Below are positions 1 to 13,800 of a DNA stretch of 64,000 bases, piece after piece; within the stretch, counting starts at the first letter, position 1; every line of letters starts with the position of its first letter. The DNA is taken from contig LSRY02000035.1 of NCBI GenBank assembly GCA_001643675.2, forward strand, positions 930,001-994,000. The letters run 5' to 3'. A program made the translations under genes and the position numbers. Under the pieces are notes generated by a model. It had not been told where the DNA came from, ran no database searches, and saw only the letters and a list, made by a program, of their open reading frames with translations. The stretch comes from Monocercomonoides exilis PA203 (taxonomy: Eukaryota; Protista; Preaxostyla).

Positions 1-2
1 GC

Positions 3-1049
3 TCATCGTCCTCAGCATTTGTGTCAGCGTCGTCTTATTCGTCTGCTGTCTCCTTGAGTTATGCTGCTGCCAAGCGCCATGTCATCAGCCTTGCAAAGTT
101 CTGCCAGTTTGGGCGGTCGACAGGTCTGGCAGACGGCAAGCGTGTCTCGCAGGCAGACCTCGATGTCATCTACAGAGAAGTCACTCGCCACTCCCCCGCA
201 GACACCCCAGGCGGCGGCTCAGGTGTCTCCCACTCGTATTTCGGATACAACTCGAGGCCAGGCACTTCGTACTCGGCGATGGCATCGTCGGGAACAGGGG
301 TTGGATCAATGTCGTTTGGGGACTTCTGCTCGGGTGTGCTCATTCTGGCAACGAGGCAGCATCCGGACTTGTCTGTGTATGAAGCATTGGAGTCAGTGCT
401 ACTGAGTATGGAAGAGAAGTTCATGCACCAGACACCCTTGACACCTTCTGCACACATCCTGCCCCAGCTGCACCCATCCACTCCTGGCCCATTCTCCTCT
501 TCTTCTTCCTCATCCTCTTCTTCCTCTTCCTCTTCAGACAGTCGCAGTTCCCATTCATCTCGTCCAATGTCTCCACGTTCCTCTCCTTTTGCTGTCCCCT
601 CTGCGTATGTCTCCACCTCTTCCTCTCGCAGCGGGTCTCGTTCTGCTTACTCGTCTGACTCCTCATCGATGACAAGCAGCGCTTCTGTTGTGTCGATTGG
701 GAGGCATGCGGTGCTTGCGCCAGTGACACAGCTGGAGATGAAGGTCAACAGCAGCCCTGCCTCTACCCCTTCCTCCTCAGAAAGAGGAAAAGAAGGCCGG
801 TTTGACAGAGAAAGAGAGAGGAAAAGTGCCAGCCGAGAGAGAAGCTACGGGCAAAGAGGAGGTTCATCGGGTGGATCGTCGCAGCAGACGGCGGTGGGGA
901 GCAGCTATGAGAAGTCTGTTGTTCAGCCGCGGAGTGCAGCGAGTTCGCAGCAAAGACGACACAATTCGCCTTCTTCGCAGAGTGCCTCAGGAACAGCTGC
1001 CAGTGCGACAAGAAAGACAGCCTCCAGCACTCAGCGCGCTCCCTCTCCT

Positions 1050-1081
<32 letters not shown>

Positions 1082-1289
1082 AAGCAGTGTGCCTCCATCG
1101 CGCAGGATGGTGTCGCGTTATGATGACAGTCCATATGCTGCTCCTGTGTCTCCTCAGCACAAACCAAGAATTGCACAAAGGAAAGAGAGAGAGGCAAAGT
1201 ACGTGAATGTTTCGAGCACAGCCAAGGAAGAAAAATCAGTAAATTACAGTAAAAACTCTTCAAATGCACAAGATTTAGAAGGAGGTTGA
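3..1289 (+). CDS. 5'-truncated Ser-rich protein with an N-terminal TPPP/p25-alpha-like segment
   Basis: Frame is open to the window edge. ISLAKFCQFGRSTGLADGKRVSQADLDVIYREV...MSFGDFCSGVLILA resembles the p25-alpha core (F.KLCKD..V.DGK.VT.TDVDI.F.KV...I.F.QF...L). The rest is low-complexity S/R/P sequence. Stop TGA at 1287-1289. Confidence 0.55.
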
Positions 1290-1596
1290 ACATAAAGAGC
1301 GATTATTCTTTTCAACATTTCATTTCAAATGTGAATATTTACTTCATAGCACATCATTCATTTCATCCGAAGAAATTCAAGTTCATTTTTGTATTTATCT
1401 CAATGCAATTGCATTTTCCCTTCATTCTTATGATTACTTTTTTTTTATTTCCAATATGATTATTCAGCATTGATAGAAGTTTTTTCTCACGAAAATATAA
1501 AGAGTGATATTAAGGTTATTCAGATCCAATCCCGAAAACTGCTGATTCGTTTTTGCAAGTCTCACAACTTATTTATTAATTATTCATCTATAACAA

Positions 1597-4174
1597 AGTT
1601 TGTTTTAATTTTTAAAAATATATATAAATTGTGAAAACTTTTTTCCTTTTCTTTCTATATGTAATTTAATCATAACTAACTTTTTCAAAACATCTTTAAT
1701 AATTTGCAACTTTTTCAAATTAAATGCGCTATTTTTCAGTGAGTTCTCCTGAAGCAGTTTTCAATGTGATAAAAATTGGTAAAAAGGGCACAAAAGCACC
1801 ACGACAATTAACCGTATCAAAAGAAGGCCTTCGATGTTCGAGTTCTGGGGGTGTTACATGGACTCAACCAAATGGAACGATCGTAAGGTGTTTATCATGA
1901 ATTATCCTTTTGTATAATATATGTTTTTCATTGAATATCATTTTACAGCATCACTCCTGATGATCCAGAAGGAAAAATGTTCACTGTTACAACTGTCACT
2001 CAACGAAAATTTGAAGCCAGCGATCCTGGTGTATTTAAGCATCTCCGAGATGCAGCGAGACAAACTGGAATCGGAGCGTCGAGCCTAGAATCAGCTGTTC
2101 ATCATCTTGGACTTTCTTCATCAGTTCTTCTAAAGCCTCAATTAGATCCTTCACGTTCAGGTAAAGTTGTATCCAGTCGTCCAAGAACTGATGGATCAAA
2201 ACATGTTTCATTAGCGGACTTCGAATTACTTCATGTTGTGGGAAAGGGTAGCTTTGGAAAAGTGTTCCAGGTAAGAAAGTATACAGATGGAAAAATTTAT
2301 GCGTTGAAGATATTGAAAAAAATAGAGTTGTACAATAAAAGACAAATAGAACATACGCTCACTGAAAGAAAGATATTAGCAACAATTTCTCATCCGTTTA
2401 TGCCTCGTTTACATTATGCATTCCAGACAGATACTAAACTTTATATGGCAATTGATTATGCAAATGGAGGTGAAATATTCTATCATCTTAGAAGGTATTG
2501 TTTTTCCAAATTCTTTATGCATCTTTATTTATTCTCCTTTTTCTCTTCTATTTTATTATTGGATCTTGGCAAAAAATATTGTTGTGATATGATGATCATA
2601 ACTATTCATTCATTTTCTGAATCAAGAGCTGGTCGTTTCCCTGAAGTTCTTGCAGTGTTTTATTGCGCTGAAATAGTTTCATCCATTCACCATCTTCACA
2701 AGAAGAGTATAATCTATCGGTTTGCACATTTTGATACAGCGTTATTTTTAATTTTATTTTGAAATATTATCGATAAATGTTCAGTGACTTGAAACCCGAA
2801 AATGTTTTGTTGGATTCCGAAGGGCACGTAAAGATAACAGATTTTGGATTGGCAAAGATAGGAATCACTTCTGTTGGAGGAGAATCAGACGGAAATAAGA
2901 CAATGACACTTTGCGGTACTCCAGAGTATCTTGGTTTGGTCAATAGAGTTAATTACTTTTTCATTCATTAAATTAAACGATTGCAAATATATTGTTGTTT
3001 TGTAATGTAACATGATGTGTTGAATATAATGCCAATACTGTGATTCTCTTTCTCCTTTTCTCGCATCTTTGTTCAGCTCCTGAGATTCTTCAAGGTATTG
3101 CTCATGGAAAAGCAGTCGATTGGTGGTCAACAGGAATTATGTTCTATGAAATGCTTGTTGGTGTTCCGCCTTTCTACTCCCAGAACAGACAAGAGATGTT
3201 CCACAACACAATCCACAACCCAGTCTCCATTCCAGATTACGTCTCGCCAGACGCCCGCAATTTCCTTGTGCGCATTCTGGCAAAGAGGCCGGAGGAGCGG
3301 CTGGGCTCTGGGCCGACTGAAGGGATGGAGGTGAAGGAGCATCCAGTGTTTAGAGCAATTGACTGGGATGCTCTGGAAAGAAGACAGGTGCCTCCACCTT
3401 ATAAGCCCAAATCAAAGGTTTGTATTTGCTGACAATAATTTTATAAATTCAGGAACTCAAAATGGGGAATGAGTTATGAAACCCAAAGAGAATTGCATTT
3501 CTTCTTCTTTTTTTTTTAATTGTTTTTTCTTTGTTCTATTCGATTTTCATTGTGATAATGTTTGGTTCTTTTTGATTACATTTATACAGGACGGAATAAT
3601 GGATATTTCAAATATTGACAAACTGTTTTTGAGTGAGCCACTTGTTGACACTCCAGCTCCTCCTCTTCCACCTTCCATCGCAGATGCTGTGAACAAACAG
3701 TTTGCCAATTTTGAGTTCAACAAAGATCTGCTTCGTTCCGCTGCATCAACATCCTCTCTTTCATCATCTTCTTCGTCGTCTTCTTCTTCATCCACTGCTC
3801 CATCTTCTGCTTCTCCAACGCCAAGCTCAGCACCATCTCCATCAGCTGTAAGCCCTTCAGCAGGTGCAGCCGCAGCTTCTTCAGTGATATCTTCTGCTGC
3901 TGTGCCTTCATCAGCGTCTTCCTCATCGTCTTCCTCTTCTTCTCAATCTGCAAAGCTTATACATTCTTCCTCAGAAAAGCGGCCAATGAGTTCGGTCTCT
4001 TCGGCTTCAACCACGTCACAAGGCTCTGCTATCCCTTCCAGTGGCACAGCTTCTGTTCGGAAGATCGTTCGTCCTGCGCCTTCTTCGGCGACTTCTCGCA
4101 CTGCTGCTTCTGGGGCACTTCCTTCTTCAGCTTCTGGAGTTACTCCAAAAAGTTCAATAACACCGCGTTCATGA
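1597..4174 (+). CDS. AGC-family Ser/Thr kinase (PKB/S6K/SGK-like) with a putative N-terminal PH-like domain and Ser-rich tail
   Basis: Exons by eye: 1597, 1740-1887, 1949-2494, 2627-2719, 2785-2933, 3077-3417, 3590-4174. Splicing restores [40 protein letters not shown], an AGC C-tail and the hydrophobic motif FANFEF. The start position is inferred. Confidence 0.9.
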
Positions 4175-4810
4175 TGCATTGACTTATCTGATGAAATGAA
4201 ATCTGAAGGATAAAATGTCATAAGGAGAATTTGCTGTATATTAAGTTTAAAAGTGTTGTGTTTTAAATTAAAAAAAAGAAATAAAAAAATAAACAACTTT
4301 TTTTAATAATGTTTTTTAAAATATTCTTTTTTACAATATCAATGAATCACCTTTACATTTTTTTATAATCATTTCAAAGCTGATTGGCTAATTTTCTTCA
4401 TTATTTCTGTGTTTTTGACGTAGAAGAAAATTTTCAACTTAAATAACGAAGTGTAAGTGAATTTTTTATTCAAAAGGTTAATTTGCTTCAAATTGATATT
4501 TAATAATGTTTATGAATATTAATCTCAAACGTTTTTATAAAAGAAAAGTTAAAATCGGTCTTTGGTATCTTGAATCTTCATTGAAGTTATAGAGCCCAAA
4601 ACCTGTCTCAATGGTGCATCGACGAAAAATCCAATTGCGGTCTTTTTATTAACAGCTAAATCTCTTCAGAAACTGTCAAATAATAAGTGTTAAATTCACT
4701 CAAATTAGTCTCAAAAAATCCAACTTTATTCTTTTTTGAATTATCCTTGCTTAGTCTCTTTCAATTTACATTCAACTTTCAATTTCTTTCGTCATAGCTT
4801 GTATGATGAA

Positions 4811-7800
4811 TCAAATAAAAATAGCATCAGTCTGTGATGTTTCGGCAGTAACCGTTTTTTCTTTTATTTGCTCTATTTTGCTTTCTTCATCCTCCTTTGA
4901 TGATTGCTCTAAGTCGATTGCATCAGAGACAGTCAACATGACTGTTCCAGCATGAAAGCGCTGGATGAATTCTCTTTTCAGATTGTACAGTGTTGGTCGT
5001 TGCAAAGGATCTGGTGAATAGCATTTACGCATAACATTCCACATTCCACACTCCTCCGTCAGATTAATATCTGGCCTTTCGCCATTCACAATCTTCTGAC
5101 CAGTCGTCTCTGCCTCATATTCTCCAAATGGGATTTCCAGCGTCAAGCACTCCCAAAGCATCATCCCAATTGAGAATGCCACAGATTTCTCAGTTGCTCC
5201 CATGTTCCTGTTCATCAGCAGCTCGGGCGCCTTCCACCTCAGGCACTCTTTTTTGTAATTGTCCTCATCTTCAAATGCTGATGATGGTAGAGAATCACTT
5301 TCATCATCATCACTTGCAGATGTCACAATAGTTGATGAAGAGATGGAAGAAGAGTCGGAATCTGATGAACAGTCAGAGTGCAAAGCGATGCAAATTACCA
5401 TGTGCTCTGAGAAGAGTACAATATGGGGACTCAAGTTTGACAAGGAGGGAAGTTCATCTTCCTCATCTTCAAACGAGTGGAGTGCTCCGTTCGCCACCCA
5501 GAATAAAACCTGTGCCGCTGTTTGTTCTCTCTCCTTTAATGAACCAATTGCTATTTCCTTTGTCTTATTCAGCCCATGCAATAACATGAACAGCGAATCC
5601 CTCAGATCCACAATCAATTTCTCGTGAGGCGATGAGCATGCCATTGCATCCACCAGATTCGACATTGATGAAGTTGTTGGACACAAATCCTCCCCTCGAA
5701 CAAATGTAGAATCTGAATCAGTTGAACAAGTGGATGAAATGGATGGCGAAGGAGTTCTATTTCTAATCTTTTCCTCTTCAACCTTTTCCAATGCCCATTG
5801 AGGGATCTTGTCTGAATCCTTTCCAAGAATACATTCAGTTGATCCACTCTCAGATAGAAGATGTTCTGATGATTCCGAATGCTGCATATTCGTATCATAC
5901 ACCCTCTTCTTTATCCTCTCATCATTCTTCTTCTCTGCCTCTCTTTCTGCTCTCCTCCACTGCTCCTCAGGCGACATCTCCATCGTCACCATCTCAAATG
6001 CCTTTGGATCCTTTCTAATGTTATCATTCACAATCTCTCTCAGATCTTCTGCTTCATTCTTAACCTTCTTCCATTGAACAGCCAGAACAATAATGACTAC
6101 AAGCAGTATTACAACAATCGCAATGCAAACAATCAGCAACCAATAAGATTTTCCTTCATTTCCTCCTTCAACAATTCTTTCATTTCCCTTTGAGTCACTC
6201 TTGCTCCCGTTCTTCACAACAAATCCAGCTGCCGATGAGGAGGCTTCCTTGTTTCCAAACAGTATCGACACTGAAACTTCTGTTTCAGGGGGTGCATCTG
6301 CAACAACAGACAAGGGCACTTTGCCATCCACCTCACTCTCATCCACAAATCCCGAATCTTCAAACACATAATGGTCGATAACTTCCACATCGTTTGTCAG
6401 CGATATCATGCGGAATGACAGGTTGCATGGAAGCAAAAGCGATCCCTTGAAAATGAGCCTCAGGTTGTTTCCAGCTTTTTCCACTTCAACATTTCGAAGT
6501 GTTGGGATGAAGAACGGCGAAGCTCGTTCTTTCGCAATTCCTTCCAGTTCACACCCTTCATTCAGAATCCACAGCGATGTGTTATCTTTTATTCCATCTC
6601 CACCCTTCACACTCACAACATTCAATTGCGCAGAATCCGAGCACTTCACATTTCTTCGAACAGATGGATATCCCTCAATCGATGGGTTGTTGTTCTCAAA
6701 CTCTCCTTTCTCAATCTTCAGGCTGCCTCCCCTCATGCTCAATCCTCCTCTTTTGCAATTTCGAATTGTTGTTTCCTTCATCTCCACATGGCTCTTCTCC
6801 ATATCAATCATTGATCCATTCCATTGGCATATCTCTTCTCCTTTCATTGTCTCATTTCTTTTCTTTCTCACTTCTTCGTTTCCCTCCCCATCAAACGCAC
6901 ACATCTCGATTTCAACACTTGCACTTTCTATTATCTCCACCATCATCCCTTTCTCCTTCGAATTCGAACATCCCTCAAACGAGCTGTTCAAAACTCTCAC
7001 CAACTCCTTTGCTCCATCCATCTTCATCACACCTCCCTCATCCTCCACAGAAATGTTCTTAACTGTCATTTCTTTCACCTCCACTGCTGCTTTGCCTCCA
7101 ACAACAACAACATCTCCTTCACACACAATGTTTGAGAGGCTTGTTTCATCCAGTGCCACCCTCGATTCTTCACAAAATATCAACAATGGTGCTGATGAGT
7201 GCAAATCTCTGAACATTGTTTCTTCCATTTTCAATTCTCCACTTTCCACTCTCACAATCGAGCACTCAAGCCTCTGCTCCCGTTCAGATGATCCAAATGC
7301 ACATTCACAAATCTCCAACCTTCCATTCTTCGCTTTCATCATGCTCCTGTGCTTCGCTTCAAATCCTCCTCCAAACACAAACAAACACTTCTCCACAACA
7401 CACTCATCCACAAACACCACAATGCTCTTCTCACTCCATATTTCATCAACCATTCCATTCAGATGGATTGTCGCCTCACTTCTTTTCATCGAAGTTATTC
7501 TCGCATCTCCAATCTCGCATTCTCCCCCAATCATCCCTTCTTCCTCAATCACAATGGCATTCATGATCCCTCTTTGAATGTGTTTTGCTGCGTTGTTGAT
7601 GCTCTGGCATGGATCATCCAGTGATCCACATTCTCTGCCATCTGCTCCATTCACATTCACAAACACTTGAACGCCATAATAGAACTTGATCAGAGGAATC
7701 AGATCAACATCAACCCTGTTGATCTCATCTCTCCCATAAATCGAGTTGTTCGATTTCAGTGCTTCCTGGTTGAAATCAAGCACAAACAGTGTTTCGTTGA

Positions 7801-10800
7801 TCTGCTTTTCAATCGAGTGGCATCGAATGAACACATCCTTCCCCACAAACGCTTCATTCATCCCAAACCAGATGTTCTCCATCATCAACCCAAGTGATCC
7901 AAATGCATTGCCGGCTGGCTCATTCAGATCGACTCCATCAACCATCACTCCTCCACCATATCCATTCACTTTCGAGCATTTGCACATCGAAAATGAACTG
8001 TCATTTATTCTCAAGAATGATTCTCCACTTTTCAGCACCACTTTCATCCCTCCTCCTTCCTCGCTATTCTCGCTTTTGCAATTCATTATTGAGCACGATT
8101 CAACCATGCACTCCATCCCTTCTGAAAATGTTCCCACACTCAATACCCCCGCCCCATTTTCTCCAAATGTGATGTTTGTGAATGAACAGTTCACAAATCT
8201 CAATTCTTGTTTGTCGTTTATGAGACAACAATTTCTCTCTCCTTTCAATTTTGCTTTTTCTGTTGCTCTATTTGTCTTTCCAGCCACAGTCATCGAAATC
8301 ATGCTTCTTTCCATCACTCCAGCATTCGTGATATTCACATCCTCAACAATCACCTGAGTTACAATTGGGCTGAAACTGATGAACCCTTTCAATTCACCAA
8401 TCATATTCAAAATGCATCTCTGAATCATGGCGCTCCCTCCATTCACTCTCATCAAGCAATATCCTGCGATCTCTGTCATTCCATTCATTGAGCCATATGA
8501 GCAATCCACAACAGATAGACAGGCATTTGTTCCTGATGATTCGATCAATATCTCATGTTGTGTGTTCATAGTTGGCTTGGTGAATGAAACATTGGCAAAC
8601 GACAAACTCATATTCGATGATATTATTGAGTCATTCAAATCATTCTCGTCTTCATCACTGATAATCACTGCTGTCCCTTTCTTTGTTCCTTCAATCACAA
8701 CTTGTGGCAACTCTGAATCTTGTGAATCTGGTGGCGATGAGGAAGAAAATGATATGGAATGGCTCAATAACCCTGATCCCATAATGGCAATATGCATTTC
8801 CCCTTCTCCAAGCGTTGAATATCGAAGTGATATCAAGTGGTCAATCGATGAACATGGTGCTTCTGAATATCCACACCCACTGAAGTCTCCTCCTCCATCT
8901 TTCGAAACATACCCATTTCCACTCCAGTTGCTCCACAAATACACAACAAGTGGAATCACGTATCCATCTTCTCCTGTTGTCTTCATCTCCCATCCACACA
9001 ACTCATCCAATGATCTCAACTCCTCATCACTCATCTTCCATTTCAAGTGCTCCTTATTCACAATCTCACTCAGATCCCATCCAGAAACAAACGCATTCTT
9101 CCCTTTCCAAGCGTTGCATCCCTCAAATTCTATTCCTTCGAGCACAAATGATTCCATCACATCTAACAATTCAACAAACATCCCTCCGCCCATCCCTCTC
9201 CCTCCATTCTCAGCATCCTCTGATGGAACTTCACATTCAGATAAATCCACATTATTCATTTCCAAGCTCCCTCCCTTCCCCACTGATATCATCATCCCTC
9301 CTCCTTTCATCCCATTTCCACTTGAGCAGGTTGAAGAAAAATTGCATTCTTCAACTTTTGCGCTTCCTCCTTCATTCATCCCAATATTCAAACATCCCCC
9401 TCCTCCATTTCCACCTTCCACATTCATCTCCACTCCATTCACTCTGCTGTTCTTCAATTCCAATTGAACTCCATCAGTTATTGATATTGGTGATTTCCCA
9501 TTCATTGTCAGTGTCACTCCACTTTCCATCGCAAATCCATCAACAATCAGATTTCCTCCTGTCATGTCAATGATGCTGTATCCTATCTTTCCATTGGTCA
9601 ATCCCCCGCCCTCAAATGAGACTGAACAGTTCGTCACACTGAGTGTTGATGTTGAATGGATGAATGCACTTCTCCTCGAATTCAACTGACCTTTCACAAC
9701 AAATGAAAGTCTCCTCATTGTCAGTGAACTCGAACATCCAACAAGCCAATCTTGTGTGGCTGATCCTCCATCACTCACATTCACTCCCATCCTCCCACCC
9801 TCTGATGATGAAGATGACACTATTCTGCCTGAAATTATCACACAAAATGATGGTCCTGCTATTTCATTGGTTATTGACGAAGATGAGACAACCTCAATTT
9901 CTTTTGAACTTTCACTCAATCTCGAGTTCGCACAATAATCAACTGTCAAACACCTGAATCCATCAAATCCACAATGGTTGTGATCCAACCCATTTCCTCC
10001 ACTCCCATCAACAATCACTTTTGTACCCATCGAGCACAAGTACACAAACAGTGGAATCACTCCACTTTCATCCCCATTCTCGCTCCCACTCAGTTTCAAT
10101 GCATCTGATGGAATGGTGCTTGTGTCAAAAAAGGTAAATGAGCTGGTATTCACTTTTGACTCCAAAAACACACCACTCCCACAATCAACAAACACATCCT
10201 TCCCATATGAGGCCATATTCCCATGATCTTTCGAAAACTTCACATTATGTTCAATTGTCGATCCACATCCCTCGCTTTCCATCATCACAAACATCCCTCC
10301 TCCTCTCGTTCCTCTCCCTCCATTATTCTCCGCCTTATTCCCATCAATCACGCTCATTCCATTCACAACCACTTTTCCATTTCCCTTCAATTCAACACAC
10401 ATTCCTCCTCCTTTTCCACCACCACAACTGCACCCATTCACATTGCATCCATCAACAGTCAACATTCCACTCGTTCCAACTGTTCCTTTCATCCATCCTC
10501 CATCTCCCTCATTCTTCACAACTCCACTGATATTGCATCCTGAATAAATCACACTCGTCATTCCTTCACAAAATTCAATCGCTGAATGATCATTGAATGT
10601 CAGCCCTTCTTCAATCACAAATCGTTCCATTTTCAGACTCCCGCTCTGCGCATTCACAATGCTGTATCCAAAGGCCACACTCGATGTGCTCTCTGACATA
10701 TGAGCAACTGAGCAGTCTGTGAGTGTGAGTGATGAGCTGGTCAAAGCAATGAGTGATGTTGCACTCGATAACGAAAATGGAATTTGGAACGCAATGTTCT

Positions 10801-13800
10801 TTATTGAACTCGCACTCTCAACATTTATCAAATACGAAGTTGTCATTCCACTCGGCACCTTCACATTCACATTCGTCTTGTTAATCCCACAATACACCTC
10901 CCATTCATATGACCCTGCCATCGACACAACTTCTCCCAGCTCAAACCCTGAATCCAGCACAATCTTCTTCTTTGACGAGCTGAATCTGTTCTGTGCTGCC
11001 TTTGTGATCGTTTTGCATGGAAAATACCCAAACCCACAAAACCACGAGTCATATCCTCCATACCCATTCACCTCCTTCCCCACATGTGCTGCTCCTGAAA
11101 ATGCATCCAAAAACACATTCAATGGGAATATTCCCATCCCTTCCTCATTCCGGTCATATCCCATCAGCTCATCATAAATTGATGCATTGTGTCCAACATT
11201 CAGCTTTACGGCTGTTATTGTTCCACTTGTCATCCAACTCCCATTCACAAACACATCTTTCCCTCCCAATGTTGCACTGCAACCAACAAAGTTTACTGAT
11301 GATATCGCAAAATCAAATGAGTCATCTGCCAGAAATAGCATCACACCTCCTCCATATCCACTGCTCCTACACTGTTTGAACGCTGTTGATCCTCCACTGT
11401 GCGATGTTGATGTTCCAATTCGAGCTTTGCTTGTCGAAGACGCTAACTCAATCTTTATACCACCTCCATTCCCATTCACGCATTCACATCCTTCTATTGT
11501 TGTGTTCCACACCACAAATGTCTCTCCTCCCTTTACACTTTTTGCAATCACAACCCCATCACCTGTTGTCCGATTCACATTCCGAATTGTCAAATTCCCC
11601 AGCACACTCTCTCCTGATGTTAATCCTGCTGATGATGGTTCAGAAAATAGAGGTTGACTCATTTTCATATTTTTAATCTCAACTGCACTAATCTTCAGCT
11701 GATTCAGTGCCACATCAAACACAGATGCTGAAATAACACTTCCTCCAGTTGGACCTAAGATCACCACACCCTCCAGCAAAAGTGATCCACTCCCCACAGA
11801 CACCAAAAATACACTCGGCGATGAGCTTCTTGCCACATTGTGGTCGATCTCCACATGCCCCACCTCCAGTTGCCCACTCGTCACGCTGAATAGTGTTGTC
11901 GAAGAGGTCGAAAGCGCACTCGTTCCAATCACACTCACCTCCCTCCCTTTCCCATCAATCGAAATCTTCTTTTCCCCAACACTGATTGTTGTCCCCTCAC
12001 TCTCATGCCTTCCACCCAGCACTGTGATTGCCGAGCTCAGCTGTGCCATGCTCGAACTAACTGCATGCCCCACTGTCTTGCAAGGTACTGCCTCACTCAT
12101 CCCACACAAATTGTTTGCGTCATCTCCACTCACCCCAACATATCTATCCTTCATCCCCTCCTTCAGCCAATCCTTCTTTTGTGTTTCCTGAAAAGTATTA
12201 TTTAAATAGCACACTCTTTTTTCATTTGCATTCGTTGTGTAAGATTCATAGAATGGGTTGTTCGATGAAAAGAGATTGTATCGATCTTCAAAATACACAT
12301 CATGGCCATATGGAGTGGAAGCGTTGCAACTGCAATCGTGAAAGAAAAAGAAATAGCAATAAATGTTGTTGCTTGGAGCTGTTGATTGACTTGGAGCAAA
12401 ACACAATCCTCCGCCAGTTGATGTTGCGTTGCACGAAATGAACTGTAGGCTCCTCAATTTGAATGCAGATGGAACACCATAGCAATACATCCCTCCACCA
12501 CCAAAATCCGTAAGAGAGCAAAACGTGAATAAGCAATCAAACACGCAAGCACTCTCTCCTTCTCCAATTTCCGTTATGATACATCCTGTTCCCGATATAT
12601 TAAAACTTTCTAAAAAGATTCCTCCTCCATAATCAGCTGCTTTGCAATTCTGATATTCGCAACCACTTATCCTAATGCAAGTCGAAATTGAATAAGCATA
12701 TATCCCTCCTCCACCATATCTATCAGCTGTACACGAATTGAACGAGTTATATTCCATTTCAATTGATGATATATCACAGCATGCAATTCCTCCACCATAA
12801 GAACGTGCATAACAATCATTGAATGAGCAATATTTCGCTGTAAGTATTCCTGATGCCAGATTATACATATAAATAGCTCCTCCATTTGAAGCTCCATCTG
12901 TATAACCGAGACTTGTCCCTGTTGTTTTCGAGCCATTCCATTCGCACCAGGTGAAAATGTTCGCTTCATCAGCTGTTTCATTCTGTCTTCCTGGCTTTGA
13001 TGGATTCTCTTCGCTTCCAATGAACTCAACATTTTTCGTTCTGAGGCATCCAACAAAAGAGATATTCGAGGCAGTCAACGAAGATGATCGTAAGTTGATC
13101 GATCTCACAATCCCTCCATCATACGCATCGCAAACTGATGAAAATGAGCAGCTGCTCATCGTGCATTCGCTCTCACAAAAGGAAGGGCTCAGCAACGAAG
13201 ATTCAGTTGGCTTGGTGGAAATATTGAAAAAAACCAAATCCGAAAGTGAAACACCTCCAATTGATGCAGATCCCAAAAATGGTGCAGATGACAGGCAAAA
13301 TGAAGAGAAACACGATGAAGCGACAGCAACACGGCAATGATCTGCTTTTTCGTTCTCAACAGCATTTGACGAAAAAAGTGGTGGGGCATCAAATGAAAGC
13401 AGACTTGATGGGATCAGAGTGATGCTTTCAACAATTCCACAGCTTTCAATGAGTTCGAGTGGGGATGTCCCACAGCCGACAGCAACCTCACATCCCCTCA
13501 AAACAACACAACTCCTTTCCTTTCCACAAATCACCGACTTTCCATTCACACATCCCAAACTCAGCCCTTTCCATCCAACTGAGCTGTTCTTCAAAACAAA
13601 ATTTCCTTTCAAAAAACATTCTCCAATTTCCATGTTGTTTGTCTGTTGCCCTGAAGTGCCCTCGTCAGAATGTTCTTTATTTGTTTTCATGTGGCTCCTT
13701 TTTTCATTCCAAAGCTCCTTCCCTTCGTTGTTTTCTCTATTTTTTCCGGATTTGCTTTTCATATCCGTATTTTCCTTCAAAATTCTGCCTTCAAATGTTG

